From the human T2T-CHM13v2.0 reference genome, Homo sapiens: DNA of 64,000 nucleotides. The first letter of the stretch is position 1; each line of letters begins with the position of its first letter. This document shows, one piece after another, positions 33,001 to 49,291 of this stretch. The stretch lies in assembly GCF_009914755.1 (NCBI RefSeq), contig NC_060947.1; one strand, written 5' to 3'. Position numbers and translations under genes: made by a program. Below the pieces are notes generated by a model. It was not told where the DNA came from. It saw only the letters and a program-made list of their open reading frames with translations, and searched no databases.

Positions 33001-34178
33001 CTGCCAACTCTTCCTTTGACTCTACACAAAGCTCAAGGAGCCACGTCATGCCCCTTCCAGGTTGGGATCCATACTCCTCTTCTGAAGAAAAATTAAGACT
33101 TGTTATTCTACGAGAAATGAATGTTTTGCTAATTAGAGTAAATTGCTGTGTTGATGCCATAAGTGGAACTACTTTGGCCTGTAAGATTTTTCCCAAATGG
33201 TTATGAGCTTCCTTTTTATGTATAGGATTATGATCTCTACTGAGAGACAGCATAGCACTGTAGACTCACACGGCTGTTCCTTGACAGGTTGCAATCGGTC
33301 TTTTGATTTTGCTGATTGTGTGCTTTCTCTGCAGTAACAAACAGAAGCATTGTCCATAGTTCAGTTATTCTTACCCTAGGGGCTATAGCAGGCATTTACT
33401 GTGGACTAAATAATAACATCTCAGGAACATAAACATACTGTAGTTTTGGGGGAAAAAAAGTACATAAATGTTATGTTTAAATAAATAGAAATTGATTTTA
33501 AAGCATTACTAAATGTATAGTAGCAATATATCAGTAAAGAGTTAATGGTCAGATACAGCTATCATGTGGAAGTCAATGAAACATTTCAGTGTTAAAATGA
33601 TCTTCTAATATTTACAAAACTTGAGAATCTACAGCAAAAAGAACCGAGCTGAAACAGAGGACCCAGGTTCTAACTGTGGCTCAGTTACAAATTCTGGATC
33701 TATTATATACTGAGTGATTTGGAGGAAGTGAGTTATTCTTCAGTCCTGTATTTTCCCAGTCTAATAAAAAATTATTTGTTTTACTAAATATTTCTTGAGA
33801 TTCTATTATACTGTTAAATATTGCTAATATATTTAGCGATATGCCATTCATCAGCCTTTCTAACATTGATAATGGCCCTGTGAGGAAGGTATTATTATCT
33901 CTTCTTTACAGAAAATTAATTCATGTGTTTATAAAGGAAAGGAAACTGAAGCACATATAAGGAATATTTATTCTTTCCTATTATTATGAAGTTTTTCTTT
34001 TTTAAAGATCTTTACTTCATGTAGAATTCACTGTAGCATGCTGTTCAGATTTTAATTAACTAAAGTTTTCCAAATAATGTTGATTCTCCAATTGCTATTT
34101 ACTGAGTCCTTTCATCACTTATTTCAAATGGAAGCTTTATCACATCCTGGATTTCCATATATAAAGGATCTGCTTCTA

Positions 34179-34493
<315 letters not shown>

Positions 34494-35234
34494 CTAGTTC
34501 ATTGATCTAGCTACCTAGCCCTCTGCCATTTTATTGTTAAAATGACTGTAATTTAAAATGTTTTGATATTTTTGTAGAACATGTCCATTTCTTATTTTTT
34601 GTTAATATTTTCTAGAGGCTAAAAAGTCCAGGCCATTCTTGATATTTTTTTCTGGGTGTGTGATTCGGTGGATATTTTCAAGTTTTGTTGGGAAAAAATT
34701 TCATTAGTTTAAAATTAATCTGTAGAGAACTAACTTTTCCAGACCATAGTCTATCTCTCCATTTATCATCACCATCTTTCATATCCTTCAGTAAAGTAAC
34801 ATCGTTGCATTCTTACATGCAATTATTATTATTGCTATTGTGAATAGGTAGAGATAGCTTTTAAATAATGGATAAAATTTGGATTTGGGAAACAAAAAGA
34901 GTACAGACAAAGACTTAGTAAAGACAATAGGCATGTAGTGTCTGGGAGAAACTAAGGGTTAATCATTGTGTAGGCAAGCTATATGGGTGGCTCCTTATTA
35001 TCTCCAGAATAAATTTTGCTTGCCTTACCTTTTTGATAGGGCTATTATGAGGGTACTTGAAACGTGTGAAATATATGAAAATTAGTCTTCTAGTCTGATG
35101 CAAAATAAGCTGAATTGTTGAGAACTGTTTAAGTGTTAGATGAACACATTCTGACACCTTGTGGTCATTTAAGGGTATGTGTGATATTGTAATTCCATTG
35201 GTTGACCTTGAGAGCGTATGTGTTGTACACAGAA

Positions 35235-35370
35235 TCATATTCAGAGTTAAAAGAGGATTTAGGGATGACCTAGCCAACTTTCTTGTTTTACACATGAGGA
35301 AAGTGAGGGCCCGAGAGTTCATGAACCCTGCCCAAGCTCACATAGCTGCTTACCAACAGAGGTGGAATTA
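35235..35370 (-). mobile_element. MIR/MIR3
   Basis: TTTTACACATGAGGAAAGTGAGGGCCCGAGAG...TGCCCAAGCTCACATAGCT. Confidence 0.7.
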
Positions 35371-35784
35371 ATTATTCTGGCCTGTTATTGTTTGTCTCTA
35401 TCATGTTCAATTTCTATAATTTTATAATTACAGAAAAAAATAATTTTAAAAGTGTTATAATTTTAGATCCCGGAGAACCATCTCTACATGGTTGTTATCT
35501 CAGAAAAATGTAGATCATTTATGTGGTGGGGGGCGGTGGTTGTGGTGTTTTCTTCAGATGGGAAGGAGGAGTAGGGCTGGTTTCTGAGTGTCCTTAAAAC
35601 TGGCAAAATAATGAACCCTGAAAGATTTGGTCATCCTGACTCAGTGCAGTAGAGCTACACAACTCTCTGGGCCGCAGGAACCTAGAATGTTTTCCAAGCC
35701 GTTCACAGGGTTTTAATAGCCCAAGGAGGCCTGTATCTTCCAAGAAAGGGTATACACGCTTCAGTATGCTTCCTGCTCTCATTC

Positions 35785-35905
35785 CTTAGAAGTGTAGCCC
35801 CAGCCTTAATGTAGTGATGGATTCAGAGCACAGCAGCTGGGTCTATTGGTTATTCTCACTCTCTGCTGATGAGGATCTGAAAGGTGCATTCTCATGACTG
35901 CAGTA
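35785..35905 (-). mobile_element. Remnant of the 3' LTR of an MLT1-type MaLR
   Basis: GAAGTGTAGCC...AGTGATGGATTCAGAGCACAGCAGCTG...TCATGACT aligns with 44695-44824 (GAAGTGTGGCT...AGTGATAGATTTCAGAGCCCAGCAGCTG...TCATGGCT). Confidence 0.7.
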
Positions 35906-36915
35906 GTCCTTCTATTGCTTTGCAAAGATCAACCTCTCCACTACAGGTTCAGGGAGCAGCTGCTCCATGGTTCCTGTGCACTTTTTTTCTGAGTAGAAAT
36001 CAGAAGAGAGAGATTAGTGGGATGACCTTCAACCCTACTCACTGCAGTTGGTCTTGGGGCCAGAATGGGTCCTCATCCTCTCCTTCTTCCACCATTCATT
36101 CTAAATTCACCGCTTCCTTAGCTATCTCCTCAGCAGGTCTTGCTGACTTACCCGGCGGTGTGACCTAAACCTTCATTCTTGAGCGGTCTGAGACCTTCTC
36201 AGTCTGGAATTGCTGTACTTCCCTATTCAGTTAGAATGGGGCAAGGGAATACCAGGAGGTACCCAGCTGGAGAAGGCAGCATCACATTGAGGTCTTTAGT
36301 ACATACACCGCATTTCTCAGGATGACACCCCATCCTTTCAGAGCATTGCCTCCAAACGGGTGCTTCAGCTGTGTCTCTAAAAGACTGTCTGAGTCTGGCT
36401 TCTTTTGAATAGTGTGGTGTATGACATATCTAGTAGGTCCCATGGTCACGGTTCCACCCCCACATCCTTCTTAGTGTGAATTGAGTGGTCTGGTTGCATG
36501 CTCTACTGTGTGGAATTCCATGCCTGTGCATTCTGTAAGGCCCAGAATGGTGGTGCTGGCTGAGGCTTTGCTGGGGGAAAAGAAAATCTATTGCGAGGAT
36601 ATGTATCTATCCCTGTCAGTATGAATCGCTGCCCTATCCCGGATAGGAGGGCCCAATTAAAGTCATTGCCGAGGAATAGTATCATATCAGGAGCATAGAG
36701 TTGGTCTCTTTTGCTGACAGTTTGGACATTGAGAGGCAATAGCTAGTTTGGCCGTGGCGAGTGGGAGATCTTGCTGCTGGGCCCATATGCAGCCTCTGTC
36801 TTTGCCAATGTCATTGTTCCATTCATGTGCCCATCCTGACAGTTCTAAACTGGCCAGTGAGAAAAGATAGCTATTACTAACTGACCAACTTATCTTCCTC
36901 CTTGGTAACTGTGGC
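35906..36915 (-). mobile_element. MaLR (MLT-int) internal sequence, 3' portion
   Basis: Decayed ERVL-type integrase-like text in minus ORFs (GQRFILTGIDTY; WAHEW; CPNCQQKRPTL). Confidence 0.75.
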
Positions 36916-37755
36916 TTCACAGTAAATTTTTAAATTAGGAAGTGTAAGTCCTCTAATTTTGTTGTTTTTCAAGATTGTTTTGCCTATTAGAGTTCTATTG
37001 CATTTTTATGTAAATTTTAGGGTGTCTCAGTTTCTGCAAAAAAAAAAATTAAAATAAAGGCCTGCTGAGATTTTGATAGAGATTGCATTGAGTCAATTTG
37101 GGGACAATTCCCATTTAATAATATTGAGTCTTTCGATCCACAAACATAGACAATTTCTCCATTTGTTTAAATCTTCTGTAATTTCTCTCAGCATTGTTTT
37201 GTACTTTTTTAGTGCACATGCCTTGCACTTGTACAAGTGTATATATTGAGTGTTTTTTCAAAATAATGAAAGGATATTGGATATTGTCAAATGTTTTTCC
37301 TATGTCTATTGATATGAGCATTTTTTTCTTTATTCAACTAATATGGTGTATTACAATGACTGATTTTTGTATTTTTGAACCAACTTTGCATTTCTGTGAT
37401 AAATTCTATTGGCTATGTCCTTTTTGTGTGCTGCTACTCACTGGAGTATTTCATTGAGAATTTTGTGTCTATATTCATAAATTATATTGGTCTGCAGTAC
37501 TATTTTCTTATAATGCTTTTGGTTTTGGTATCAGAGTAATACTAGCCTCATAGAATGTGTTAGGAAATATTCCCTCTTCCTCCATTTTTTGGAAGAGTTT
37601 GTGTATAATTAATGCTAATTCCTCTTCAGATGTTTGGCACAGTTCCCAAGTGGAGTCATTCGGACCTGGACTTCTCTTTGTGGGAGGTTTTAAAATTACT
37701 AATTCAATCTCATTACTGGCTATAGGTCAATTCAGATTTTCTATTTTTATTTTAG

Positions 37756-38107
<352 letters not shown>

Positions 38108-38135
38108 TAATTTGTTTGGACACAGTTGTTCATAG

Positions 38136-38480
<345 letters not shown>

Positions 38481-38783
38481 TAAAAAATTATTTATTTCTT
38501 GAGACAGAGTCTCACTCTGTCACCCAGGCTGGAGTGCAGTGGTAAGATCTGTGCTCATTGCAACCTCTGCCTCCTTGGTTCAAGGGATCCTCCTACCTCA
38601 GCTGCCCAAGTAGCTAGGACCACAAGCATGTGTCATCACACCCAACTAATTTTTGTATTTTGTTGCAGAGACAGGGTTTCGCCATGTTGCCCAGGCTGGT
38701 CTCGAACTCCTGGGCTCAAGTAATCCTCCGGCGTTGGCCTCCCAAAGTGCTGGGATTAGAGGTGAGAGCCACTGAGCCCGACC
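38481..38783 (-). mobile_element. Alu (AluJ-like)
   Basis: Antisense Alu; flanked by CCTTTTAATTTTT on both sides. Confidence 0.95.
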
Positions 38784-39741
38784 TACCCTTTTAATTTTTG
38801 GAAGCTAAGTGATGATGTCTCCTCTTTCATTCCTGACTGGTAATCCATGTGTTCTTTTTGACTAGGTTGGTTTTGCTAAAGGTTGTCATTTATTATTCAA
38901 TCATTTCAAAGAACCAATTTTGATTTCATTCATTGTATTTATTTTTCTCTTTCTAGTTTACTGATCTCCACTTTTATCTTTATTATTTTCTTCGTACTGC
39001 ATTCTTTGTGTTTAGTTTGCTCTTTTTCTAGTTTTCTTAAGATGAAGTTAGGTTGATAGCTTGAGATGTTTCCTTTTCTAATACAGATGCTCTGAGCTAT
39101 AGATTACCCTCTAAGCACTACTTTACTACATCCCATACATTTGCTATGTTGTATTTTTGTTCTTGTCCAATTCAAAATATACCCAATGTTCCCTTGTGAT
39201 TTGTTATTTGACATTTGACCCGTGAGTTATTTGTAGGTGCATTATTCATTTTCCACATATTTGGCAATTTCCCAAATTTCCTTCTGTTGTTGATTTCTCA
39301 TTTAATTCCATTTTGATTCGAGAACATACTTTGTATAATTTCAGTCCTTTTAAATTTATTGAGATTTCCTGCATGACCTGTCCTGGAGGATGCACCATGT
39401 GCCCTTGAAATGTGTGTTCTGCTGTTGGTGCCTAGGGGGTTCTATAGATGCCAGGTTTAGCTTGTCAATAGTTTTGTTCTAGTCTTCTATATACTGGCTG
39501 ATTTTCTGTGCAGCAATTATTGAGAAGAGGATATTAAAGTCTCTGACTATTACTGTTGAATTGTCTGTTTTTCCCTTCAATTCTGTCAGCTTTTTTTTCA
39601 AGTATTTTGGAATTGTGTTATTAAGCGTGTATTTTTCATTGTTACAGCTTCCCGATGAATTGACATTTTATTATCACAAAACATTCCTTTGTCTCTAGTA
39701 ATTTTTGTATTAAATTTACTACAATCAAAAGTGTGTTTCTT

Positions 39742-40055
<314 letters not shown>

Positions 40056-42534
40056 TTATGAACAGCCCAGAGTTGGATTGTGTTTTTTAAATTCAATCTG
40101 AGAGTTTGCCTTTTGATTTATGTTTAGTCCTTTAACATTTAATGTAATTATTCATATGATTGAACTTGCGTCTGCCATTTTGTTACTTGTTTTCTATGTC
40201 AAATGTTTGTCTTATTTCTCTGTTCCTCCTTTACTACTTTGTGATAGATATTTTCTAGTATAACATTTCAATTCATTTGTTGATTAAAATATATATATAT
40301 ATAATTATTTCCTTAATCGTTTCTCTGGGCATTAGAGTATGCATCTTATCACAACCTAATTCAATTAATACTTAGTTCCAGTAAAATATAGAAATTTTCT
40401 TTAATATTGTTCTACTCCCTCACTACACATTTTTGGTATTATTTTCATATATCTTACATCTTTATATGTTATAAGCCCAGACATATAACTTGATGATTAT
40501 TATTGTATGCAATTGTATCATAAATAAGGTAAGAGAAAGTGAAAGGTGTATTTATACAGTCTTTATAGTTACCTACATCATTACCTTTACTGAAGAATTG
40601 TTTTTTCATGTGAATTCGACTCACCATCTGGCATTACTTCCTTTCAGCTTGAGAGACTTACTTAGTATTTCTCATTGGTCAGATGTGCTAGTGATGAATT
40701 CTCTCAGTCTTTGTGCTTTTAGGAATATCTTTATTTCTCCATATTTGAAAGATAGTTTTCCTGGATATATGCTTATTGTTTGGCAGAGATTTTTTTTTCT
40801 TTCTTTCTTTCTGGTATTTGAGTATATCTCCCATTGCCTTCTGTCTGCCATTGCTTTTGATGCAAATTCAACTGGTAATCAGATTACAGTTCTCTTCCAT
40901 GATCAGGTTTTTTAAAAAATGCTTTCAACATTTTCCTTATGAAGTATCTAGGTGTGGATCTCTGTGTTTATCCCATTTAGAGATCGTTCAGATTTTTGCA
41001 TATACAGATTAATGTTTTTCAGCAAATATGGGATTTTCAGCCATTCTTTCTTTATATATTTTTCTTCTAGTTTCTCTTCTCCTGAGACTCTCTTTCTACC
41101 TACTTTGGTGGCTTGATAGTGACTCTCAGGTCTCTAAGGCTGTGTTCTTTTTCCTTCATTCTTATTTCTGTTCTTCAGACTGGATAATCTCTACTGATCT
41201 ACTTTTAGATTTGCAGATTCTTTCTTCTGCCATCTCAAATCTGCCATTGAACATGTCCAGTAAATTATTTACTTCAGTTATTGTACTTTGCAACTTGGTT
41301 CTTTTGAAAATGTATATCTCTCTATTGATATTTTTAATTGGATGAGTTATTATACTCATATTTTCATTAATTCTTAAGAAGTGCTTCCTTTTATTTTTTA
41401 TAAAAATATTTATAACCATGGCTTTGAAGTTTTGTTCAACTTCATGGCCTATTTGACACATTTTCTATAGACTGCTTTTCTTCCTGTTTATGGGGACACT
41501 CTTCTCTGTTTCCTTTCTATGTTCTGTAAGATTTTGATGAAAACTAGACAATTTAGATATAATATTGTGGGAAATACAGATTCTCCTTGGAGTATGTTGT
41601 TGTTGCTTTTTCTTATCTTTTCAGTTTGTTTAGTAACTTGCCTGAACTAATTTTTAAAGAGATTATCTTCTCTGTAGTGTCTTTATTGATTGTTTAAATT
41701 CTTGTTTTACAGTTTTTTTTTTAAGTTTGGCTCCCGAGGAACTGTGACTGGATCAATAAGCACAGTGGACAGCCAGTTATTATTCAGAGGTTTGCTTAAA
41801 CAACTTGAGCCAGTAAGGCTTCCACCCTTGCAAACTGATATATGAAATTCAGTTTGGAAGCTAAATTGGAGAATTTCAAAATTCAGACAGTTTATAAGTT
41901 GGCCCCAAGTTTTACTTTCTGCTGGGTCTTCTCCTGTCTTCTCTGCACATGTGCAAGATCTTAGATTCAATCAGGCCTACTAGTAGATCTCTGAGATCTT
42001 CTCCTGTCTCTTCTAAGTAGAAGCAGCCTTACACATTTGCAGAGCCTTCCAAATCACCAGAGATACCTGGTAGCTTGTCAAGGCCCACTGTGGCTCTTAT
42101 TTTCCTGTTAAATTTTGGGCTGTTTTGTTGATGACCTCGAGCAGTATTGCAGCCTCAAGCAGCTGCGACATTGGCCTTCTCTGACACTGAAAGCCATTAT
42201 TTTTGACAATGCCCCTGGGTTTGGAGCTTTTTCTCTACTCCAAATCAAGTCAGTACCCTCTGGCAGTAGAGCTCCTGGTTTCACAGCTTGCCTTGCTCTG
42301 GTAGAATTACTGTGATGGCAGCCGGGTGGTTGAGAGGTCAACACCAGAGACCCCCCTGTTCTTGCCAAAGTTCAGTACTTTTTCTTATGTAAATGCTTTT
42401 CAATCTGTGGGATGCCTCTGGTCAATAGACAGAGTCCTGAAATAGCTGTTTTTGAAAATTTTTTGAGTGTCATCATTGCCTTTGAGGAAGGGATTTGCTG
42501 AGCTCCTCACTCTATCATTCTCACATTCCTGCTC

Positions 42535-43694
42535 CCTCCCACAGTTCCTTTATTTCTACCTCTGCCATCTGTTAGGACAACTCAAGTATTTCCTTATTGG
42601 CGAGTATTGGCCATGGCTTTTTCCAGGCTTCTAAGATACTCCCAGTAACATATATGCCTGCACTCATGAGGTTCTTGTTGGTGTTCAATGTCATGGTAAG
42701 AAAGTGCTCCCTGGTCAATGAACTCTTGATTATACAATTTTACACTCTAGCTCCCAGAACAGTCTCAATATCCAATCCCAGGCATACTCATATAGATCCC
42801 CTGGATCCTGAAGATACACACAGGCTAATCTTTGCAGTTTAGTGTCTAGCCAGGTTGTTTGCTTATCAGGTCCAGCACATCCTCATCTGGGTGATGCTTG
42901 GATTTAACCTTTGTTATTGGTCTGGCAGTTAGGAGAGAAGGTGAAGGCAGTTCTTTAGTGGGACGTCATTTTCTTGCAAGGGAGAAGCCTCTGTAGCACC
43001 TTCTAAGCACAACCAAAGCACTGGCACTTATTAAGGAAGGCGGGGCTAGCTCTGCAATCCCAGAGTGTTCAAGGTGTGTGTGTGGTTGGGGGTGGTGGTG
43101 GTGATGGAGAGGACTGCAGAGTCAACATCTTCTGGGATTTTATTTAGATCTTCTCGTTGCATAGATCAGTGGACCAGGCTTCCTTGCCCAGGGTACTAGC
43201 ATTCACATAGCTGATTTTGCCTTGGCTGATCACTCAAATATCTCTGACTCAGCAACTCAAACAATCAGGCCTTTAGTTTTGTTTGCTCTTCACTGCAAGA
43301 GATAAGAGCCTCTTTGTAAGCTACTACCAAGGCCTTGTTGTTATCACACTTAGCCATTAACTGCTTGTTAGAGGCCCACAATCTCCCATTATCTCTCTTT
43401 AGCGCATATGTATAGCTTATCAGTAACCAGCCAACTCTTCTGTTTTTTTAGGCATTATTATACCCATATCTTGCAAATGCCTAAATCATCACACCTGCAA
43501 CAGCATTTCCCTCCACTAGGACATTTTCCAGGTCAGCACTGGGGAAACCTGTAGCAATTGAGCCACCACCTTGTGCCCGTGTTCCATCTACTATGCAGGA
43601 TGGTGTCCTCTTCCCTCGTGGGCAGTGAGCGAGCCAGTCTAACGTCCCCATTTTACTGCCTTTTTTCCACCCTCCTGCCACTCTTGGTACCGTT
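42535..43694 (-). mobile_element. MaLR (MLT-int) internal sequence, 5' portion
   Basis: Begins on the minus strand with GGTACCAAGAGTGG directly after the LTR, typical of MaLR internal starts. Confidence 0.7.
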
Positions 43695-44824
43695 TGTGCT
43701 ATTTCAGGTACCCGAGAAGCAGATGCCAAAATGGGATTAGACATGCAAGAGGGTTATTAGGGAAAATACCTATAAAGGAAAATGTGAAGGTTGCCAGAGA
43801 AGTGGGCAGAGCTGAAAGATCATGATGCAGGTTGACCGTTGTGAAGGAGCAAGAGAAGAAGGTTGAGTGGAAGAATGTGAGACTCAGTGCAAAGGATCCT
43901 TGAACCAAAGCCAGGTGTCGGAGGAGTCCTGCCTCTCCCAGGAATGACTTGCATTAGTACCCCTCTCACAGTAGGTAGCTAGTCAGACATGAGCAGGGCA
44001 GGAGAGGGCTTCCCTATACCAGGAATGTCAGGTGAACATCAGGTGATGGTCAGGCAGTTGTTAAGCTGACTCTCTAAAATAATTATTGGTCGCAGCTGGC
44101 ACCAGGGCAAGGCGGTCTCCCAATAGATAGAAAACGCCTGAAGCTGGTGATCAGCAGCTTCCCAATAAGATCTCAGGATTTGGGCAGTTGGGCTCAAGCA
44201 TGTGCACTAAGAGGCAAAATGGCAAAGTTTATCTGGCATAAGACGTTCTTCTAAGAACATTCAACTGGTAAGGGAAGAATGCCTCAAGTGGGCATGTGTA
44301 CACCTCCAGTAAACACACTGCTCATGCGGCCCCTCCCAAGTGCTGGCAGGCCACTGTGCATGCGGACAGCCCATTCCAAGGGAAGAATCAGGGGAGAAGA
44401 TACGCAGACCCTGGAAGAATCCCAGTGAATAAAACCCCAAGTCAAAGGTCAAGCCATGCACTTGATCTCTCAAGTCACCTGCTTGGCCCTCTTTCAAGTG
44501 TACTTCCTTTCACTGCTACTCCAAAGGTTTTTATTAAACTTTCACTCCTGCTGTAAAACTTGCCTCTGCCTTATGCCCCTTGGTCGAATTATTTCTTCTG
44601 AGGAGGCAAGAATTGAGGTTGCTGCAGATCCATATGGATTCACTGCTGGTAACATCCCTGCCTCATTCAGTTACTGTCTAGGAGCAGGTAATGAGAAGTG
44701 TGGCTTCAGTGCAAATACAGTGATAGATTTCAGAGCCCAGCAGCTGTGTGAGTGAAATATATTCCCCGTAGTTTGAATGCTGAGAGGCACAGAAAAAAAA
44801 AGAGGAGATTTCATGGCTACCACA
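43695..44824 (-). mobile_element. MLT1 (MLT1G-like) 5' LTR, split by a MER50-like LTR
   Basis: AGAAGCAGATGCCAAAATGGGATTAGACATGCAAGAG; continuation after 44654; TG...CA termini on the minus strand. Confidence 0.78.
43964..44654 (+). mobile_element. ERV1-class solo LTR (MER50-like)
   Basis: AGTAGGTAGCTAGTCAGACATGAGCAGGGCAGGAGAGGGC start; GCTGCAGATCCATATGGATTCACTGCTGGTAACA end; approximate 4-bp TSD CCCC/TCCC. Confidence 0.85.
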
Positions 44825-45084
44825 AGTATTCTTTATTTTCTTTTCTTTAATAGCTTTTCCAACTTCTCATTTTCACTTAATCTCTTCTTTTCCATACTGA
44901 TCTTCCTTTTTTATTTTATTACCAGCATTTATACAAAATATGATTGAGCTAATAATTGTTGAGGAGTAAAAACAAGTACAAAAAGGGCGAGATAAAAGTA
45001 GGGAAATATAAAAATATGAACAGTGGAATTTTGAGGGAATAATATGTGCCAATTGTCTAAAAAGGATGTTGAAAATAGAATTTT

Positions 45085-45905
45085 ATGCTCAACTTCCCTA
45101 GTCACTAGAGAAATGTGAAACAAAACGAGAATGAGATACCATCTCACACCAGTCAGACTGGCTATGACTGAAAAGTCAAAAACTAACAGATGCTGGTGAG
45201 GGTGTGGAAAAAAGGGAGCTTATATATTGCTGATGGGAATGTAAATTAATTCAGCCATTGTGGAAAGCAGTTTGGCGATTTCTCAAGGAACATAAAACAT
45301 AACTACCATTCGACCCAGCAATCCTATATACTCAAAGGAATATAAAATCCTATATACCCAAAGGAATACAAATTGTTCTACCATAAGGACACATGCATGT
45401 GTATGTTCATTGCAGCAATATTCACCATAGCAAAGACATGGAATCAACCTAAATGCACATCAACAGTAGACTGGATAAAGAAAATGTGGTGCATATACAC
45501 CATGAAATACTATGCAGTCATAAAAGAGAACAAAATCATGTCCTTTTCAGCAACATGGATGAAGCTGGAGGCCATTATCCTAAGCAAACTAATGCAAGAA
45601 CAGAAAATCAAATACCGCACGTTGTCACTTATAAGTGGGAGCTAAAAGTTGAGTGCACATGGACACAAAGAAGGGAACAGTAGGCACTTACCAGAGCCTA
45701 CTTAGGGGTGGAGGGTGAGAAGAGAGTGAGGCTCTAAGTATAATAAGTATAATAAGTATAGTACCTATCAAGTACTATATGTATTACCTGGGTGATGAAA
45801 TAATCTGTAGACCAAACCCCTGTGACATGCAATTTACCTTTATAACAATTCTGCACATGTACCTCTGAAAAGCAAATGAAAGTTAGAAAAATAAAAATTG
45901 AATTT
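45085..45905 (+). mobile_element. 5'-truncated L1 (L1PA16/L1PB-like) 3' end
   Basis: ORF2 C-terminal relic 45373..45645 ([18 protein letters not shown]...); 3'UTR TTACCTGGGTGATGAAATAATCTGTA. Confidence 0.92.
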
Positions 45906-45914
45906 TAAAATTGG

Positions 45915-46054
45915 GGCTGCGCATGGTGGCTCATGCCTATAATCCCTGCATTTTGGGAGGCTGAGGCAAGAGAATTGCTTTAGGCCAAGAGTTCGAGACC
46001 AGCCTGGGCAGCAATACCTCATCTCTACAAAAAATAAAAATTAAAAATAAATAA
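45915..46054 (+). mobile_element. Alu left monomer (FLAM-like)
   Basis: Single left arm plus A tail directly after the L1 tail. Confidence 0.88.
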
Positions 46055-47175
46055 ATTCGATTTTCCACTTTCCTAAAAATTTGTTAAGTGTATAAATAAG
46101 TTCTTAACTTATGCTAGAAACAATATAAATTTTTTATTTCCTATGGAGTATGACAAGGGCCATCTACTTCAGTAAACGTCTATTATCTCTTTGTCTCTTG
46201 GGCCTTTTATCCATGCCTTTGAATGATTTTCTGTGTATGTGTTCGATTGTCAAAGATATAACCTATGCATGCCCTAATTAATGTGTCTTAAAAGTGCACT
46301 TTGCTATTGAAATGTTTTCGCTTTAGATTTTCTGAAACAAGTATCCTGAAATATTAGAACTTTCAAAAGCAGGTTTATATGATCATACATGTTGTACTCT
46401 TATTACTATTACATGCAGAATATTTTTTAATCACAGGCATGTCTCCAATATAGGGATATTTCACTGGGGATGAATGTTTTCCCTAATATTCTCTAATGTT
46501 TGTTCAAGGATACACTTAAGTGGGCTTGAATCATGTTTTTTATATCAGATTGAGGCAGTTGGCATGGGTGGAAGAGGTACCATCTGTGTTCTAACAGCAG
46601 GAAGAGCACCACATCAATGTGTATGTCTATCGGAAATGCTTTGCCTAAGAAAACAGTTCAGCGAACTCTGCTTTAGATGCTCGGAATTTCCCTGCAAAAA
46701 TGAAGCAAGCAACCAAATAAGCTGTCTCTGAGCATAACTTGATGAAAACTGCTTCATTTCTGTGGCTGTAGCCTTGATGTTAATCTTTATTACCTCTACC
46801 TCTAACTGCATTAAGTCCCATTTAGCTTTCTTGTAACCGGGGATCTGACAAATTGAACTGGTAGATTTCCTACCTGAGAAAAAGAACATTTCTAGTAGCT
46901 TTTTAAGTTCTGTGGGCACAGTTTTGTCCTCCTAGCTAACTTCTCCCACTACTAATAATAGTATTTTAACATTTCGATACAGCTAATTGAGATCTTTTCT
47001 CAAACTGTTCCAGACAACTAGACATATTAACATATATGAATATAAGAATAAACTGTAACCGAGAACTATCATGTCTTAATCGTGTGACTATTTTATTGGA
47101 AAGCTATAAAACCATTTGCATGAGTCTCTTGTGAGTTGGGGTTAGAGGGAGAGAAAGGCAGAAATGGACCTTTAA

Positions 47176-47457
<282 letters not shown>

Positions 47458-48089
47458 ATCAAATTTCTGTGTTGATAAGTAAGAAAGGCATGTCTCTGAT
47501 AATACCAAAGAGTGGATCATCCAACAGCTGTTTCTCTTTGATGTGAAAATGTATAATAGAAAATTTTACTTTTTCCTAACCTACTGACTTTCTTAATTCT
47601 CTTCGACTTATGTAATGAAAAGTAATTTTTTGACTTAGCTTATTTGTATTCAAAGAGCCAGAGATGAGAAGAGAGAGGGCACTTCAGAAGCATATTGGTT
47701 GCTTGGGAAGAATTTGGCCTGTACTAAACATTATTAAAGATGCTCAAGAAATTGGGTAAGCCAAATATGAAAACCATGAGAGATTACCTTAACTCAATTC
47801 TTTAATTGAGCAGTGAATCTTCAGAGGGATAGTCTATTTAATTTTTAGATAATTACTTTGGAAACTTTATGCTTGTGTTGATATTTATATGTACTAATGA
47901 GATACACAAATAATTGCAGCTTTGACTAAATTGGATCAATGTAGATTTAGTTAACCCAGATATCTAAATAACCAAGCTAGGTAATCCAGAGACAAACATT
48001 CTAGTTATCTCTTCTCAGCAGCAAGATTCCTTTGATTTTTGTTTTCCATCTTATTTTGCCTACATTTGCTTATGACAAAGTAATCCTAA

Positions 48090-48447
<358 letters not shown>

Positions 48448-48502
48448 TATACTCCTTTTTTTAACTTAATTTTAGTAGAACAAATAAGTTTGTACTTCTT
48501 CA

Positions 48503-49291
48503 GACATTGATGCAGCCAACAGACACATGAAAAAATGCTCACCATCACCGGCCATCAGAGAAATGCAAATCAAAACCACAATGAGATACCATCTCACACC
48601 AGTTAGAATGGCGACCATTAAAAAGTCAGGAAACGACAGGTGCTGGAGAGGATGTGGAGAAATAGGAACACTTTTACACTGTTGGTGGAACTGTAAACTA
48701 CTTCAACCATTGTGCAAGACAGTGTGGCGATTCCTCAAGGATCTAGAACTAGAAATACCATTTGACCCAGCCATCCCATTACTGGGTATATACCCAAAGG
48801 ATTATAAATCATTCTGCTATCAAGACACATGCACACGTATATTTATTGCAGCACTATTCACAATAGCAAAGACTTGGAACCAACCCAGATGTCCACCAAT
48901 GATATACTGCATTAAGAAAATGTGGCACATATACACCATGGAATACTATGCAGCCATAAAAAAGGATGAGTTCATGTCCTTCGTAGGGACATGAATAAAG
49001 CTGGAAACCATCACTCTGAGCTAACTATCGCAAGGACAGAAAACCAAACACTGCATGTTCTCATTCATAGGTGAGAATTGAACAGTGAGAACACTTGGAC
49101 ACAGGGTGGGGAACATCACACACCAGGGCCTGTCGGGGGTCGGGGGAGGAGGGAGGGATAGCATTATGAGAAATACCTAATGTAAATGACGAGTTAATGG
49201 GTGCAGCACACCAACATGGCACATGTATACATATGTAACAAACCTGCACGTTGTGCACATGTACCTTAGAACTTAAGGTATAATAATAAAA
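48503..49291 (+). mobile_element. 5'-truncated L1PA5/6-like insertion
   Basis: ORF2 C-terminal relic 48527..48994 and 3'UTR; perfect 21-bp TSD AAATAAGTTTGTACTTCTTCA at 48482-48502 and 49292-49312. Confidence 0.97.
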
